64,000 nucleotides of DNA from the human T2T-CHM13v2.0 reference genome, Homo sapiens: the NCBI RefSeq assembly GCF_009914755.1, contig NC_060927.1; one strand, given 5' to 3'. Position 1 is the stretch's first letter. Each line of letters opens with the position of its first letter. The position numbers and the translations under genes were made by a program. Positions 31,433 to 43,039 of this stretch are shown here, piece by piece. A model generated the notes under the pieces. The model was not told the origin of the DNA. It was given only the letters and a program-made list of their open reading frames with translations, and made no database searches.

Positions 31433-32324
31433 AACACAATATAATTAATGTTTGAAACCTAAATTTAAACCTGCTCTCCTCTCTTAGTGAGCATCTCTGA
31501 AAGACTACAAAGCAAAAATAAGGAATGGGGTGTTCTGTCTTCCTCCCTACTTCCCTACTTTGCACTGTTTCTTCACTACCTCTTTCTAGGCATGGTGTGT
31601 CATGCCTAGGGAAGAAGTACTGAAAGAAACAGAGGCAAGAAAGTTTTTACTTGACTAGTGCTGTCATTATCTGGTGGGGGATCTCTCTGAGCTTACGGAT
31701 CCTTTAAAACTGATATTTCCTGGGCTTCATTGATGTTTAGTGTTGACTACTCTTTTTGAAAGCATGCCTATGGGTTTTGTTTTGTGCCATCTTGTTTGGT
31801 TTGGTTTGACTGAAACTTTATAATAGCCCTTTTTACTGACAGGTCCATGATGCAGACAGCGAACTCTCAACCAACCATCACATCCTACTCTCCTACTCCC
31901 CTAGAAATATCCTAAATGGTTTATACCCCAGAGACTCTTCCTTCTGGGTTACTTTGATTTAGCAGGCTTCCCATTGGGGCAGGGGTTTTCCTAAATGGTG
32001 TCAGCCTGGTTACATTCTGGGATGCTCATGTGGCCCAAAGGAAAGTCACACGGCCTGATCAGGCAGAATGGTGGGAATGAATCTGCTCCCGTGGAGTGCA
32101 TCTTGCTTCTGCTTGGCCATCACAGAGAGGTACAGACAGACTTCTGCTTAGCGACATTTTCAAGTGTGAGTCACTTGCTGGTCTAGACTCTGGTAAATAT
32201 CGAGCTCTCAAGTGGTCTTGTTGAAGAAGATGGGAGGGAGAAGAGTAGAGCCTTCCCATGAGAGATGGTGGTGGGATTCACAGAATACAGATGACTATCT
32301 TTAAATCAATTCTAGCATTCCTTC

Positions 32325-32540
32325 TGCTGTAGATTGAATGTTGGTATTCCCCCTCCCCCAAATTCATGTGTTGAAACCTGATACCCAAAGTGATGATATT
32401 TGGATGTGGGGCCTTTGGGAAGTAATTAAGTCATGAGGGTAGAACCCCCATGAATGGGATTAGTGTCCTTGTGAAAGAGACCCCAGAGAGCTCCCTTCCC
32501 CTTTCTGCCATGTGAAGACACAGTGAGAAGATGCTCATCA
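32325..32540 (+). mobile_element. MLT1A-type LTR, 5' half
   Basis: CCAAATTCATGTGTTGAAACCT...GGGGCCTTTGGGAAGTAATTAAGTCATGAGGGT...GCCATGTGAAGACACAG. Confidence 0.85.
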
Positions 32541-33182
32541 TCTTAAAGACAGAGATTATGTTATTTTTAAAAGTAGGCACTGTTCATTAATCATCTTCCA
32601 TGTGTCAGGCACTATGTAGAGATAGAATCTTTCTACCAGTACTGTGCAGTAGATATCATTATTCCTATTCAAAAGATAATAAAAACTGGAACATCAAAGT
32701 TAAGTAAATGCAGAAGACCACACATATTTTAAAATATTATAGCATCTGAATTCAGATTTATATCTGTCTTAACACTACAACCTATTTACTTTCTGTTAGG
32801 ATAATTGCCTTATAAAAAGACATAATTAATGGATCCACCTTATAAATGTTTCAAATATTTTAATTGCAGCATTCTGTACTTTTGTAGTGTTCAGTTTTAT
32901 TCCTATGATACTTTCACATTCATTACAGACAACTTCACCATAAACATGCAGAGTGTGAATTCTCCAGTACCTGCAATATTATATTTGCACTTTCTTCAAC
33001 TGAAACATAGCAGCAGGACCACAATTTGTATTACCCTAAAGCTGCTGCTTCTACTTTATTGTCCCTCTCTAGTTGTCAAATATTAAAGACACGTATAAAA
33101 TGTATGGTTGAAATTGCTCTGATAGTTTGTACACTGAAGACAATGACTACCTCTAGAACTATCTCTTAAGCCGCAAACACTA

Positions 33183-33200
33183 CTCTCTCTGTCTCTCTGT

Positions 33201-33229
<29 letters not shown>
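33183..33229. repeat. (TC)n-(CA)n compound microsatellite
   Basis: Directly visible. Confidence 0.92.
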
Positions 33230-33231
<2 letters not shown>

Positions 33232-33544
33232 CTTTTTTGTCACTTTCTTCTTAGAAAACTAAAGAGAACCCTTGAATGTTTTACTTCAAAATGAGATCAA
33301 ATTATCTTAATAGACAAATAAATGAAAGAGAGAAAAATATTGATGTTCCTACTTTGACTGTAGCCACCACATAATTTTGTCAGTGACTAGTGAATCTTTT
33401 TGAAGTAGTGAGAGCTATTTGGAAGGATGATCCTATCTTATATAAATGCATTCAGCTTTCTTTTTATTCTTTTCAAAGCCTCAGATTGAAATCAACTCTG
33501 AATGAAGGTTAAAGGCCTTAGCTGTGATTTCAGACAGTCATAGT

Positions 33545-34070
33545 TGTTTACCTCCTAGCAGGTCCACTTATGAGCTACATAATTTGGTACAAATTACTTA
33601 GCTCTTCTTACTGAAAGTTAGAACAGTTAAGTAATTTGTAATAATTTCCTCTGTAATAAAGGAGGATTTAAATAAAAAAATCTCTTAAATCTTTCATTAT
33701 CACAAAGAGATTTAAAGAGATAATGTAAGAAAATAAGAAAAAGTACACTAAACACTCAGCATGGTAGTTAATGCTAAGCACTTAAAAAATTGTAACTGTT
33801 ATCATCATCATCATTATCATTATCATTATTGTATTAAAGAAAGAGGATGTCAAAGAAGGGGCATAGACTTTGGAATCAGAGTTGAAATGAGTTGGAATCC
33901 TGGCTGTGACAAAGTCTGACTTTGAACATGTTCTAACATTTACAATCTTTAGTTTCTGCCTTGTTAAATGATTTTAATGGTAGTATTTACTTTACCAGAT
34001 TGTTGTGAGGATTAAAGATAATCTGTTTTAAGTGCCCAGCATGGCAACTTTGTAAAGTCTAACATATTAC
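33545..34070 (+). mobile_element. Two adjacent MIR relics
   Basis: CAAATTACTTAGCTC; AGACTTTGGAATCAGA..GAATCCTGGCT; GATTGTTGTGAGGATTAAA. Confidence 0.65.
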
Positions 34071-36164
34071 TCTCTTCAGTTCTGTAAGAAAAAATCCTGT
34101 TCAATACTTGGGCATACAAATGCATGAACATGCCTCTTAGAAGTTCAATAAAAGATTTTTTATTGAAAGGTTTCTTCAAGCAACTCATGGATAATTTGAA
34201 TACTGATAAAATTATAGTATTGATTGTCATCAGGAGATTTTAGGTATGTGGCTTCAACACTACCTGTAAGAAAATGGCCAAACAAAATTTTACAGTATAT
34301 TTTGTCTTTGACATTGCTGTGCTATATGACCAAATTGTTGTTATATGCAAAACTAACTAGAGGGTTACTCAATAATTCTCAATAGTTTTTCTTTTGTATT
34401 AGAAATATCTACTAACCATCACAATTGTTTAAAGAATCCAAAACAACCCCAAAAACTTAAATTTTAAAGTATTTATTATACAAATTAAACCTAGTAATTC
34501 ACCGTTTTTTTTAAAAACCTTTAAACATGCTTAATTCACTCTTTTTGTTTTTAATTTTAAAACAAAATCACAAAATGTCCTACAGAAAGTCTGTGGTCCA
34601 GATCCATACAGAACAAAGCTATGTTTTGGGGTTAGTCTTAAATTTGCAATCTCTATGGTCCTATTAAAATATGAAAGATTGTATCATGATTCATATAGAG
34701 AGAATCAATTATAATTCTCATATACTCCTTCTTCCCACCTTTACCTTTATATCCATTTTTAATGTTCTATATATCTAGCTATTATATTAATATCTTAGCC
34801 AAGAGGTCAGATGTAGTTGAAAGATGTCAATATGAAAAATAAAATGAAAATCAGAAACATTTATCTTTTTACCATGTTAATCTAAATGTGATGTTTTACA
34901 GTTGTATAATGAGTTTATAGAAAAATTTTTAAAAACTAGCAACATATTTCATTTATGTCAAACAAATTAAAATCTTCATGACTTTTTTTTGCTTAAAAGA
35001 ATCTTATGTGAGGTATTTTGCCAGATATGTTTTAAAAATCACAGATTAAAAAATTAAGTCACAAAACATTTGAAAACATTAAGATAATATAAACAACCTA
35101 AGTCAACAAGCTATTATGAAAATAAAGGTGAAGGGGAAAAGTAAAGACAATGTAAAATAAATTAAAGCTTTTAGAAAATTATTAGAAAACCAAACCTCAA
35201 ATTCTTTATGACTAAAGCTATAGGTGGGCATTTCCTAATTCTTAAACATATAGAAAGACATATGAAATACTTCATTTTAAGCAAAAAGCATATTTTTCAT
35301 AATGGAGCTAATGTCCCACTAAATGACTTTATTAGTGAAATAGCCTTTCCAAGGAAACATTAATTAACGTTATTAGTATGTTCTTTTCTGCATGTAAATC
35401 ATGTGGGTATGAGAGAAATATATATCCTGAAGATGTTTTATATTCCTGTGTCCCCAAGTGAGGGCTTTGCCATGTAATGCTATTTCCCCAACACAGTAAA
35501 TCTGATTTTCCAGTTACAATTTGAAATTACACCCAATTTTGTAAACAGATTCTTACATACTATTTTCAATAAAGATTCATTTTCTACCTTTCATAATTCA
35601 ATAAGAAACAGTGGATTTGCCAAGAATTTTCTTTACATTTGGAAAGAAACCAACACTAGAAAAGGTTTAGCAGCTGGCACTAATGAAATGAAATTGAATC
35701 AACTCAATGAAATTGAATATATTCAATGAAAATAGGGCCACACAATAACATCAGGTGGTCTTCTTACAGAATTAATGTAATTTTGAAAATATGTTCCAGT
35801 GTTTATTATGTTTTGTTATTCTCACAATACCAAATGCCACTGAAAATTGGCATTCTTACTTTTTTCAGAGAAAATAAACCTTGGGACAATAGAACATAGC
35901 TCCTAGATTCAGGAATACTCTAAGTCGTGGACTGGCTTATGCTTTCATTTCATGTCATTTTATTGAAATGCTCTTCAATACATTTGGCATGCAGTACCTG
36001 TCAGGCAGTAGGTGATAACTGATGGATAATATTATCTTTATTCCAGATACCAGCTAGGTAATTGTCCAGTTCATTATGGCTAAGCTGTTTTATACCAAAG
36101 AGTTCATAGTTGAAACACTCTTTTCAGGAAGGGTTTTTTTTTTTCTCAAGATCAAGAGACATAC

Positions 36165-37130
36165 TGAAGGGCTGGCCTGCCCCTCCACACCTGTGGGTGT
36201 TTCTCATCAGGTGGGACGAGAGACTGAGAAAAGAAAGAGACACAGAGACAAAGTATAGAGAAAGAAAAGTGGGCCCGGGGGACCTGCGCTCAGCATACAG
36301 AGGACCTGTGCCAGCACAAGTCTCTTGAGTTCCCTCTGTATTTATTGATCATTATCTCTACCATCTCTGAGAGGGGGATGTGGCAGGACAATAGGGTAAT
36401 AATGGGGAGAGGGTCAGCAGGAAAACATATGAACGAATGTCTCTGTATCATAAACAAGGTTAAGAAAAAAGTGCTGTGCTTTGATGTGCACATACATAAA
36501 CATCTCAATGCATTAAAGAGCAGTATTGCCGCCAGCATGTCTCACCTCCAGCCCTAAGGCAGTTTTCTCCTATCTCAGTAGATGGAATATACAATCGGGT
36601 TTTACACTGAGACATCCCATTGCCCAGGGACAAGCAGGAAACAGATGCCTTCCTCTTACCTCAACTGCAAAGAGGCCTTCCTCTTTTACTAATCCTCCTC
36701 AGCACAGACCCTTTACAGGTGTCAGGCTGGGGGACGGTCAGGTCTTTCCCTTCCCACAAGGCCATATTTCAGACTATCACATGGGAAGAAACCTTGGACA
36801 ATACCTGGCTTTGCTAGGCAGAGGTCCCTGTGGACTTCCACAGTGTTTTGTGTCCCTGGGTACTTGAGATTAGGGAGTGGTAATGACTTTTAACAAGCAT
36901 GCTGCCTTCAAGCATTTGTTTAACAAAGCACATCCTGCATAGCCCTAAATCCATTAAACCTTGATTCCACACAGCACATGTTTCTGAGAGCACAGGGTTG
37001 GGGGTAGGGTAACAGATAAACAGCATCTCAAGGCAGAAGAATTTTTCTTAGTACAGAACAAAATGGAGTCTCTTATGTCTACTTTTTTCTACATAGACAC
37101 AGTAACAGTCTGATCTCTCTTTTCCCCACA
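36165..37130 (-). mobile_element. HERV-K(HML-2) solo LTR (LTR5B-like), 966 bp
   Basis: Reverse strand begins TGTGGGGAAAAGAGAGATCAGACTGTTACTGTGTCTATGTAG and ends GGTGTGGAGGGGCAGGCCAGCCCTTCA; perfect 6-bp TSD ACATAC (36159-36164, 37131-37136). Confidence 0.95.
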
Positions 37131-37410
37131 ACATACACTGGCAATATTAAGATATTTAAAAATTGTAAAATGAGATTCAGGTTTTTACTATCATTCAAGA
37201 CTGCATTGGAAGCACTACATCTAAAGTAAACAAACATTATATCCATGGTCTCTGAAGAAGTGAAGATAATTTAACTTAGAAATCATCACGGACAAACCCT
37301 AGGAAGAGGATTTGTTTTCCCAAAAGGTAGAACAAAATAAACACCTCACATACATAATAATTTTACCTAGAGCCTATTTTCTCTATTTTTTCCCATTGTT
37401 AATGAATCTT

Positions 37411-37764
37411 TGTCGGGCCTCTGAGCCCAAGCTAAGCCATCATATCCCCTGTGACCTGCACATACACATCCAGATGGCCTGTTCCTGCCTTAACTGATGA
37501 CATTGTCTTATGAAATTCCTTTTCCTGGCTCATCCTGGCTCAAAAAGCTCCCCTACTGAGCACCCTGTGACCCCCACTCCTGCCCACCAGAGAACACGCC
37601 CACTTTTTCCTTTACCTACCCAAATCCTATAAAATGGCCCCACCCCTATCTCCCTTCGCTGACATTCTTTTTGGACTCAGCCCGCCTGCACCCAGGTGAA
37701 ATAAACAGCTTTATTGCTCACACAAAGCCTGTTCGGTGGTCTGTTCACACAGACGCACATGAAA
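37411..37764 (+). promoter_or_regulatory. HERV-H 5' LTR7 (354 bp)
   Basis: TGTCGGGCCTCTGAGCCCAAGC...CATGAAA; TATAAAA near 37628; AATAAA near 37700. Confidence 0.97.
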
Positions 37765-37766
37765 TT

Positions 37767-37784
37767 TGGTGCCATGACTCGGAT
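37767..37784 (+). other. Primer-binding site, tRNA-His
   Basis: TGGTGCCATGACTCGGAT, one mismatch from the HERV-H PBS TGGTGCCGTGACTCGGAT. Confidence 0.93.
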
Positions 37785-38559
37785 CGGGGGACCTCCCTTG
37801 GGAGATCAATCCCCTGTCCTCCTGCTCTTTGCTCCATGAGAAAGGTCCACTTACGACCTCAGGTCCTCAGACTGACCAGCCCAAGAAACATCTCACCAAT
37901 TTCAAATCCAGTAAGCGGCCTCTTTTTACTCTCTTCTCCAACCTCCCTCACTATCCCTCAACCTCTTTCTCCTTTCAATCTTGGCGCCACACTTCAATCT
38001 CTCCCTTCTCTTAATTTCAATTCCTTTCATTTTCTGGTAGAGACAAAGGAGACACGTTTTATCCGTGGACCCAAAACTCTGGCGCTGGTCACAGACTGGG
38101 AAGGCAGCCTTCCCTTGGTGTTTAATCATCGCAGGGACGCCTGTCTGATTATTCACCCACGTTTCAGAGGTGTCAGACCACGCAGGGACGCCTGCCTTGG
38201 TCCTTCATCCTTAGCAAGTCCTGCTTTTCTGGGGGAGGGGCAAGTACCCCAACCCCTTCTCTCCATGTCTCTACCCCTTCTCTGCTTTTCTAGGGGAAGG
38301 GCAAGAACCCCTCAACCCCTTCTCCTTCACCCTCAGCGGCAAGTCCTGCTTTTCTGGTGGAGGGACAAGTACCCCAACCTCATATCTCTGCGCCCCAATC
38401 CCTTATTTCCATGCCCCAACCTCGTTATTTCTGCGCCGCAACCCCTTTCCTGCTTTTCTGGAGGGTAAGAACCCCTGAACCACTTCCCTCCATGTCTGTA
38501 CTCTCCCTTTTCTTTAAACTTGCCTCCTTCACTATAGGCAACCTTCCACCCTCCATTCC

Positions 38560-39800
38560 TCCTTCTTCTCCCTTAGCCTGTGCTCTCAAGAACTTAAAAC
38601 CTCTTTAACTCACACCTGACCTAAAACCGAAATGCCTTATTTTATTCTGCAATGCCACTTGACCCCAATACAAACTCGACAGTGGTTCCAAATAGCCAGA
38701 AAACGGCCCTTTCAATTTCTCCGTCCTGCAAGATCTTAATAATTCTTGTCGTAAAATAGGCAAACAGTCTGAGGTGCCTGACGTCCAGGCATTCTTTTAC
38801 ACATCAGTCCCTCCCTAGTCTCTGTGCCCAATGCAACTCATCCCAAATCTTCCCTTCTTTCCCTCCCGCCTGTACCCTCAGTCCCAACCCAAAGCATCGC
38901 TGAGTCTTTCTAATCTTCCTTTTCTACAGACCCATCTGACCTCCCCCCTCCTCCCCAGGCTGCTCCTTACCAGGCCAAGCTAAGTCCCAATTCTTCCTCA
39001 GCCTCTGCACCTCAACCCTATAATCTTTTTATCACCTCCCCTCCTCACACCCAGTCCGGCTTACGGTTTCGTTCTGTGAATAGCCCTCCCCACCTGCCCA
39101 GCAATTTCCTCTTAAAAAGGTGGCTGAAGCTAAAGGCATAGTCAAGGTTAATGCTCCTTTTTCTTTATCCAACCTCTCGCAAATCAGTGAGCATTTAGGC
39201 TCTTTCAACAAATATGAAAAACCCAGCCCAGTTCATGGCTCATTCAGCAGCAACCCTGAAACGCTTTACAGCCCTAGACCCTAAAAGGTCAAAAGGCCAT
39301 CTTATTCTCAATATACGTTTTATTACCCAATCCGCTCCTGACATTAAATAAAACTCCAAAAATTAAATTCCGGCCCTCAAACCCCACAACAGCACTTAAT
39401 TAACCTCACCTTCAAGGTGTACAATAATAGAGTAGAGGCAGCCAAGCAGTGACGTATCTCTGAGTTGCAATTCCTTGCTTCCACTGTGAGACAAACCCCA
39501 GCCACATCTCCAGCACACAAGAACTCCAAACGCCTGAACCACAGCTGCCAGGAGTTCCTCCAGAACCTCCTCCCCTAGGAGCTTGCTACAAGTGTTAGAA
39601 ATCTGGCCACTAGGCCAAGGAATGCCCACAGCCCAGGATTCCTCCTAAGCCTTATCCCATCTGTGTGGGACCCCACTGAAAATCAGACTGTTCAACTCAC
39701 CTGGCAGCCACTCCCAGAGCCCCTGGAACTCTGGCCCAAGGCTCTCTGACTGACTGCTACCCAGATCTTCTTGGCTTAGCAGCTGAAGACTGACACTGCC
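38560..39800 (+). pseudogene. HERV-H gag remnant
   Basis: Broken zinc knuckle CYKC*KSGH*AKEC near 39584-39625; many stops; start approximate. Confidence 0.8.
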
Positions 39801-39829
39801 CGATCACCTTGGAAGCCTACAGGACCATT

Positions 39830-42030
39830 ACAGATGCTCTAGGTAACTCTCACAGTGGAAAGTAAGTCCGTCCCCTTCTTAATCAATACAGAGGCTACCC
39901 ACCCCACATTACCTTCTTTTCAAAGGCCTGTTTCCCTTGCTTCCATAACTGTTGTGGGTATTGATGGTCAGGCTTCTAAACCTCTTAAAACTCCCCAACT
40001 CTGGTGCCAACTTAGACAATACTCTTTTAAGCACTCCTTTTTAGTTATCCCCACCTGCCCAGCTCCCTTATTAGGCCAAGACATTTTAACTAAATTATCT
40101 GCTTCCCTGACTGTTCCTAAACTACAGCCACACCTCATTGCTGCCCTTTTCCCTAGTTCAAAGCCTCCTTCGCATCCTCCTCTCATATCCCCCCACCTTA
40201 ACCCACAAGTATAAGATACCTCTATTCCCTCCTTGTCAACCGATCATGCACCCCTTACAATCTCATTAAAACCTAATCACCCTTACCCCCCTCAATGCCA
40301 ATATCCCATCCCACAGCATGCTTTAAAAAGATTAAAGCCTGTTATCACTCGACTGCTACAGCATGGCCTTTTACAGCCTATAAACTCCCCTTACAATTCC
40401 CCCTTTCACCTGTCCTAAAACCAGCCAAGGCTTACAGGTTAGATCAGAATCTGCACCTTATCAACCAAATTGTTTTGCCTATCCACCCCATGGTGCCAAA
40501 CCCATATACTCTCCTATCCTCAGTACCTCCCTCTACAACCCATTATTCTGTTCTGGATCTCAAACATGCTTTCTTTACTATTCCTTTGCACCCTTCATCC
40601 CAGCCTCTCTTCGTTTTCACTTAGACTGACCCTGACACCCATTAGGCTCAGCAAATTACCCGGGCTGTACTGCCGCAAGGCTTCACAGACAGCCCCCATT
40701 ACTTCAGTCAAGCCCAAATTTCATCCTCATCTGTTACCTATCTTGGCATAATTCTCATAAAAACACTCGTGCTCTCCCTGCTGATTGTGTCCCATTAATC
40801 TCCCAAACCTCAATCCCTTACAAAACAACAACTCCTTTCCTTCCTAGGCATGGTTAGTGTGGTCAGAATTCTTACACAAGAGCCAGGACCACACCCTGTA
40901 GCCTTTCTGTCCAAACAACTTGACCTTACTGTTTTAGCCTAGCCTTCATGTCTGCATGCAGCTGCTGCCACTGCTTTAATACTTTTAGAGGCCTTAAAAA
41001 TCACAAACTATGCTCAACTCACGCTCTACATTTCTCATAACTTCCAAAATCTATTTTCTTCCTCACACCTGACGTATATACTTTCTGCTCCCTGGCTCCT
41101 TCAGCTGTACTCACTCTTTGTTAAGTCCCACAATTACCACTGTTCCTGGCCCGGACTTCAATCCGGCTTCCCACATTATTCCTGATACCACACCTGACCC
41201 CCATGACTGTATCTCTCTGATCCACCTGACATTCACCCAATTTCCCCGTATTTCCTTCTTTCCTGTTCCTCACACTGATCACGCTTGATTTATTGATGGC
41301 AGTTCCACCAGGCCTAATGGCCACACACCAGCAAAGGCAGGCTATGCTATAGTACAAGCCACTAGGCCACCTCTTAGAACCTCTCATTTTCTTTCCATTG
41401 TAGAAATCTATCCTCAAGGAAATCACTTCTCAGTGTTCCATCTGCTATTCTACTACTCCTCAAGGATTATTCAGGCCCCCTTCCTTCCCTACACATCAAG
41501 CTGGAGGATTTGCCCCCACCCAGGACTGGCAAATTAGCTTTACTCAACATGCCCTGAGTCAGATAACTAAAATACCTCTTGGTCAAGGTAGACACTTTCA
41601 CTGGATAGGTAGAGGCCTTTCCTACAGGGTCTGAGAAGGCCACCGCAGTCATTTCTTCCCTTCTGTCAGACATAATTCCTCAGTTTAGCCTTCCCACCAC
41701 TATACAGTCTGATAACAGACCAGCCTTTATTAGTCAAATCAGCCAAGCAGTTTTTCAGGCTCTTAGTATTCAGTGAAACCTTTATATCCCTTACGGTCCT
41801 CCATCTTCAGAAAAAGTAGAATAGACTAAAGGTCTTTTAAAAACACACCTCACCAAGCTCAGCCACCAACTTGAAAAGGACTGGACAATACTTTTACCAC
41901 TTTCCCTTCTCAGAACTCAGACCTGTCCTCAGGTTGCTACAGGGTACAGCCCATTTGAGTTCTTGTATAGACGCTCCTTTTTATTAGGCCCCAGTCTCAT
42001 TCCAGACACCAGACCAACTTGGACTGTGCC
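39830..42030 (+). pseudogene. HERV-H pro-pol remnant
   Basis: Protease with mutated active site FLINTEAT and LLGQDIL; RT motifs SPYNSP, VLDLKHAFFTIPLHP, LPQGFTDSP; integrase DTFTG and SDNRPAF; deletions, stops, frameshifts. Confidence 0.9.
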
Positions 42031-42608
42031 CCGAAAAATTTGCCATCCCTACTATCTTCTCTCTAGTCATACTCCTATTCACTGTTCTCAACTATTCATA
42101 TATGCCCTGCTCTTGTTTACACTGCCAGTTTATACTGTTTCTCCAAGCTATCACAGATGATATCTCCTGGTGCTATCCCCAAACCGCCACTCTTAACTCT
42201 TATAGTAAATAAATAATCTTTGCTGGCAAGGCTATGCTGAACCTCCTTAGGCACTCTCTAATTAGATGTCCTAGGTCCTCCCAATTCTTAGTCCTTTAAT
42301 ACCTGTTTTTCTCCTTCTCTTATTCCGTTTAGTTTTTCAATTCATACAAAACTGTATCCAGGCCATCACCAATAATTCTAAATGACAATTGTTTCTTCTA
42401 ACAACCCCACAATATCACCCTTACCACGAAATCTTCCTTCAGCTTAATCTCTCCCACTTTAGGTTCCCACGCTGCCCCTAATCCCGCTGGAAGCAGCCCT
42501 GAGAAACATCGCCTATTATCTCTCCATACCACCCCCCAAAATTTTCGCCGTCCCAACACTTTACCACTATTTCATTTTATTTTTCTCATTAATATAAGAA
42601 GACAGGAA

Positions 42609-43013
42609 TGTCAGACCTCTGAGCCCAAGCTAAGCCATTGTATCCCCTGTGACCTGCACGTACACATCCAGATGGCCGGTTCCTGCCTTAACTGATGACA
42701 TTCCACCACAAAAGAAGTGAAAATGGCCTGTTCCTGCCTTAACTGATGACATTGTCTTGTGAAATTCCTTTTCCTGGCTCATCCTGGCTCAAAAAGCTCC
42801 CCTACTGAGCACCTTGTGACCCCCACTCCTGCCCACCAGAGAACAACCCCCCTTTTTCCTTTACCTACCCATATCCTATAAAATGGCCTCACCCCTATCT
42901 CCTTTCACTGACTCTCTTTTCGGACTCAGCCCGCCTGCACCCAGGTGAAATAAACAGCTTTATTGCTCACAGAAAGCCTGTTTGGTGGTCTCTTCACACG
43001 GACGTGCATGAAA
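42609..43013 (+). promoter_or_regulatory. HERV-H 3' LTR7 (405 bp), preceded by polypurine tract
   Basis: PPT AAGAAGACAGGAA 42596-42608; two U3 repeat copies; ends CATGAAA. Confidence 0.97.
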
Positions 43014-43039
43014 ATCTTCAAATAATTTTCAGATCTCAG

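Larger units (their letters stand above)
37411..43013 (+). mobile_element. HERV-H provirus, common internally deleted ~5.6-kb form with two LTR7
   Basis: Paired LTRs, 5-bp TSD ATCTT (37406-37410, 43014-43018), His PBS, PPT, decayed gag/pro/pol and env remnant. Confidence 0.98.

Noticed and set aside
33680-33722. Imperfect inverted repeat ATCTCTTAAATCT / AGATTTAAAGAGAT
   Set aside because: A/T-rich, gapped and inside a MIR relic; too weak
36076-37026. Cluster of short ORFs
   Set aside because: All lie in or overlap the LTR5 solo LTR
38200-38480. Spaced repeats in the HERV-H leader (CAAGTACCCCAACC, CTGCTTTTCTGG) resembling a CRISPR-like array
   Set aside because: Degenerate, irregularly spaced, part of the normal HERV-H leader; eukaryotic context and no cas genes
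39855-40751. Protease/RT ORFs as active enzymes
   Set aside because: Catalytic DTG reads NTE, RT is frameshifted and I see no YxDD motif
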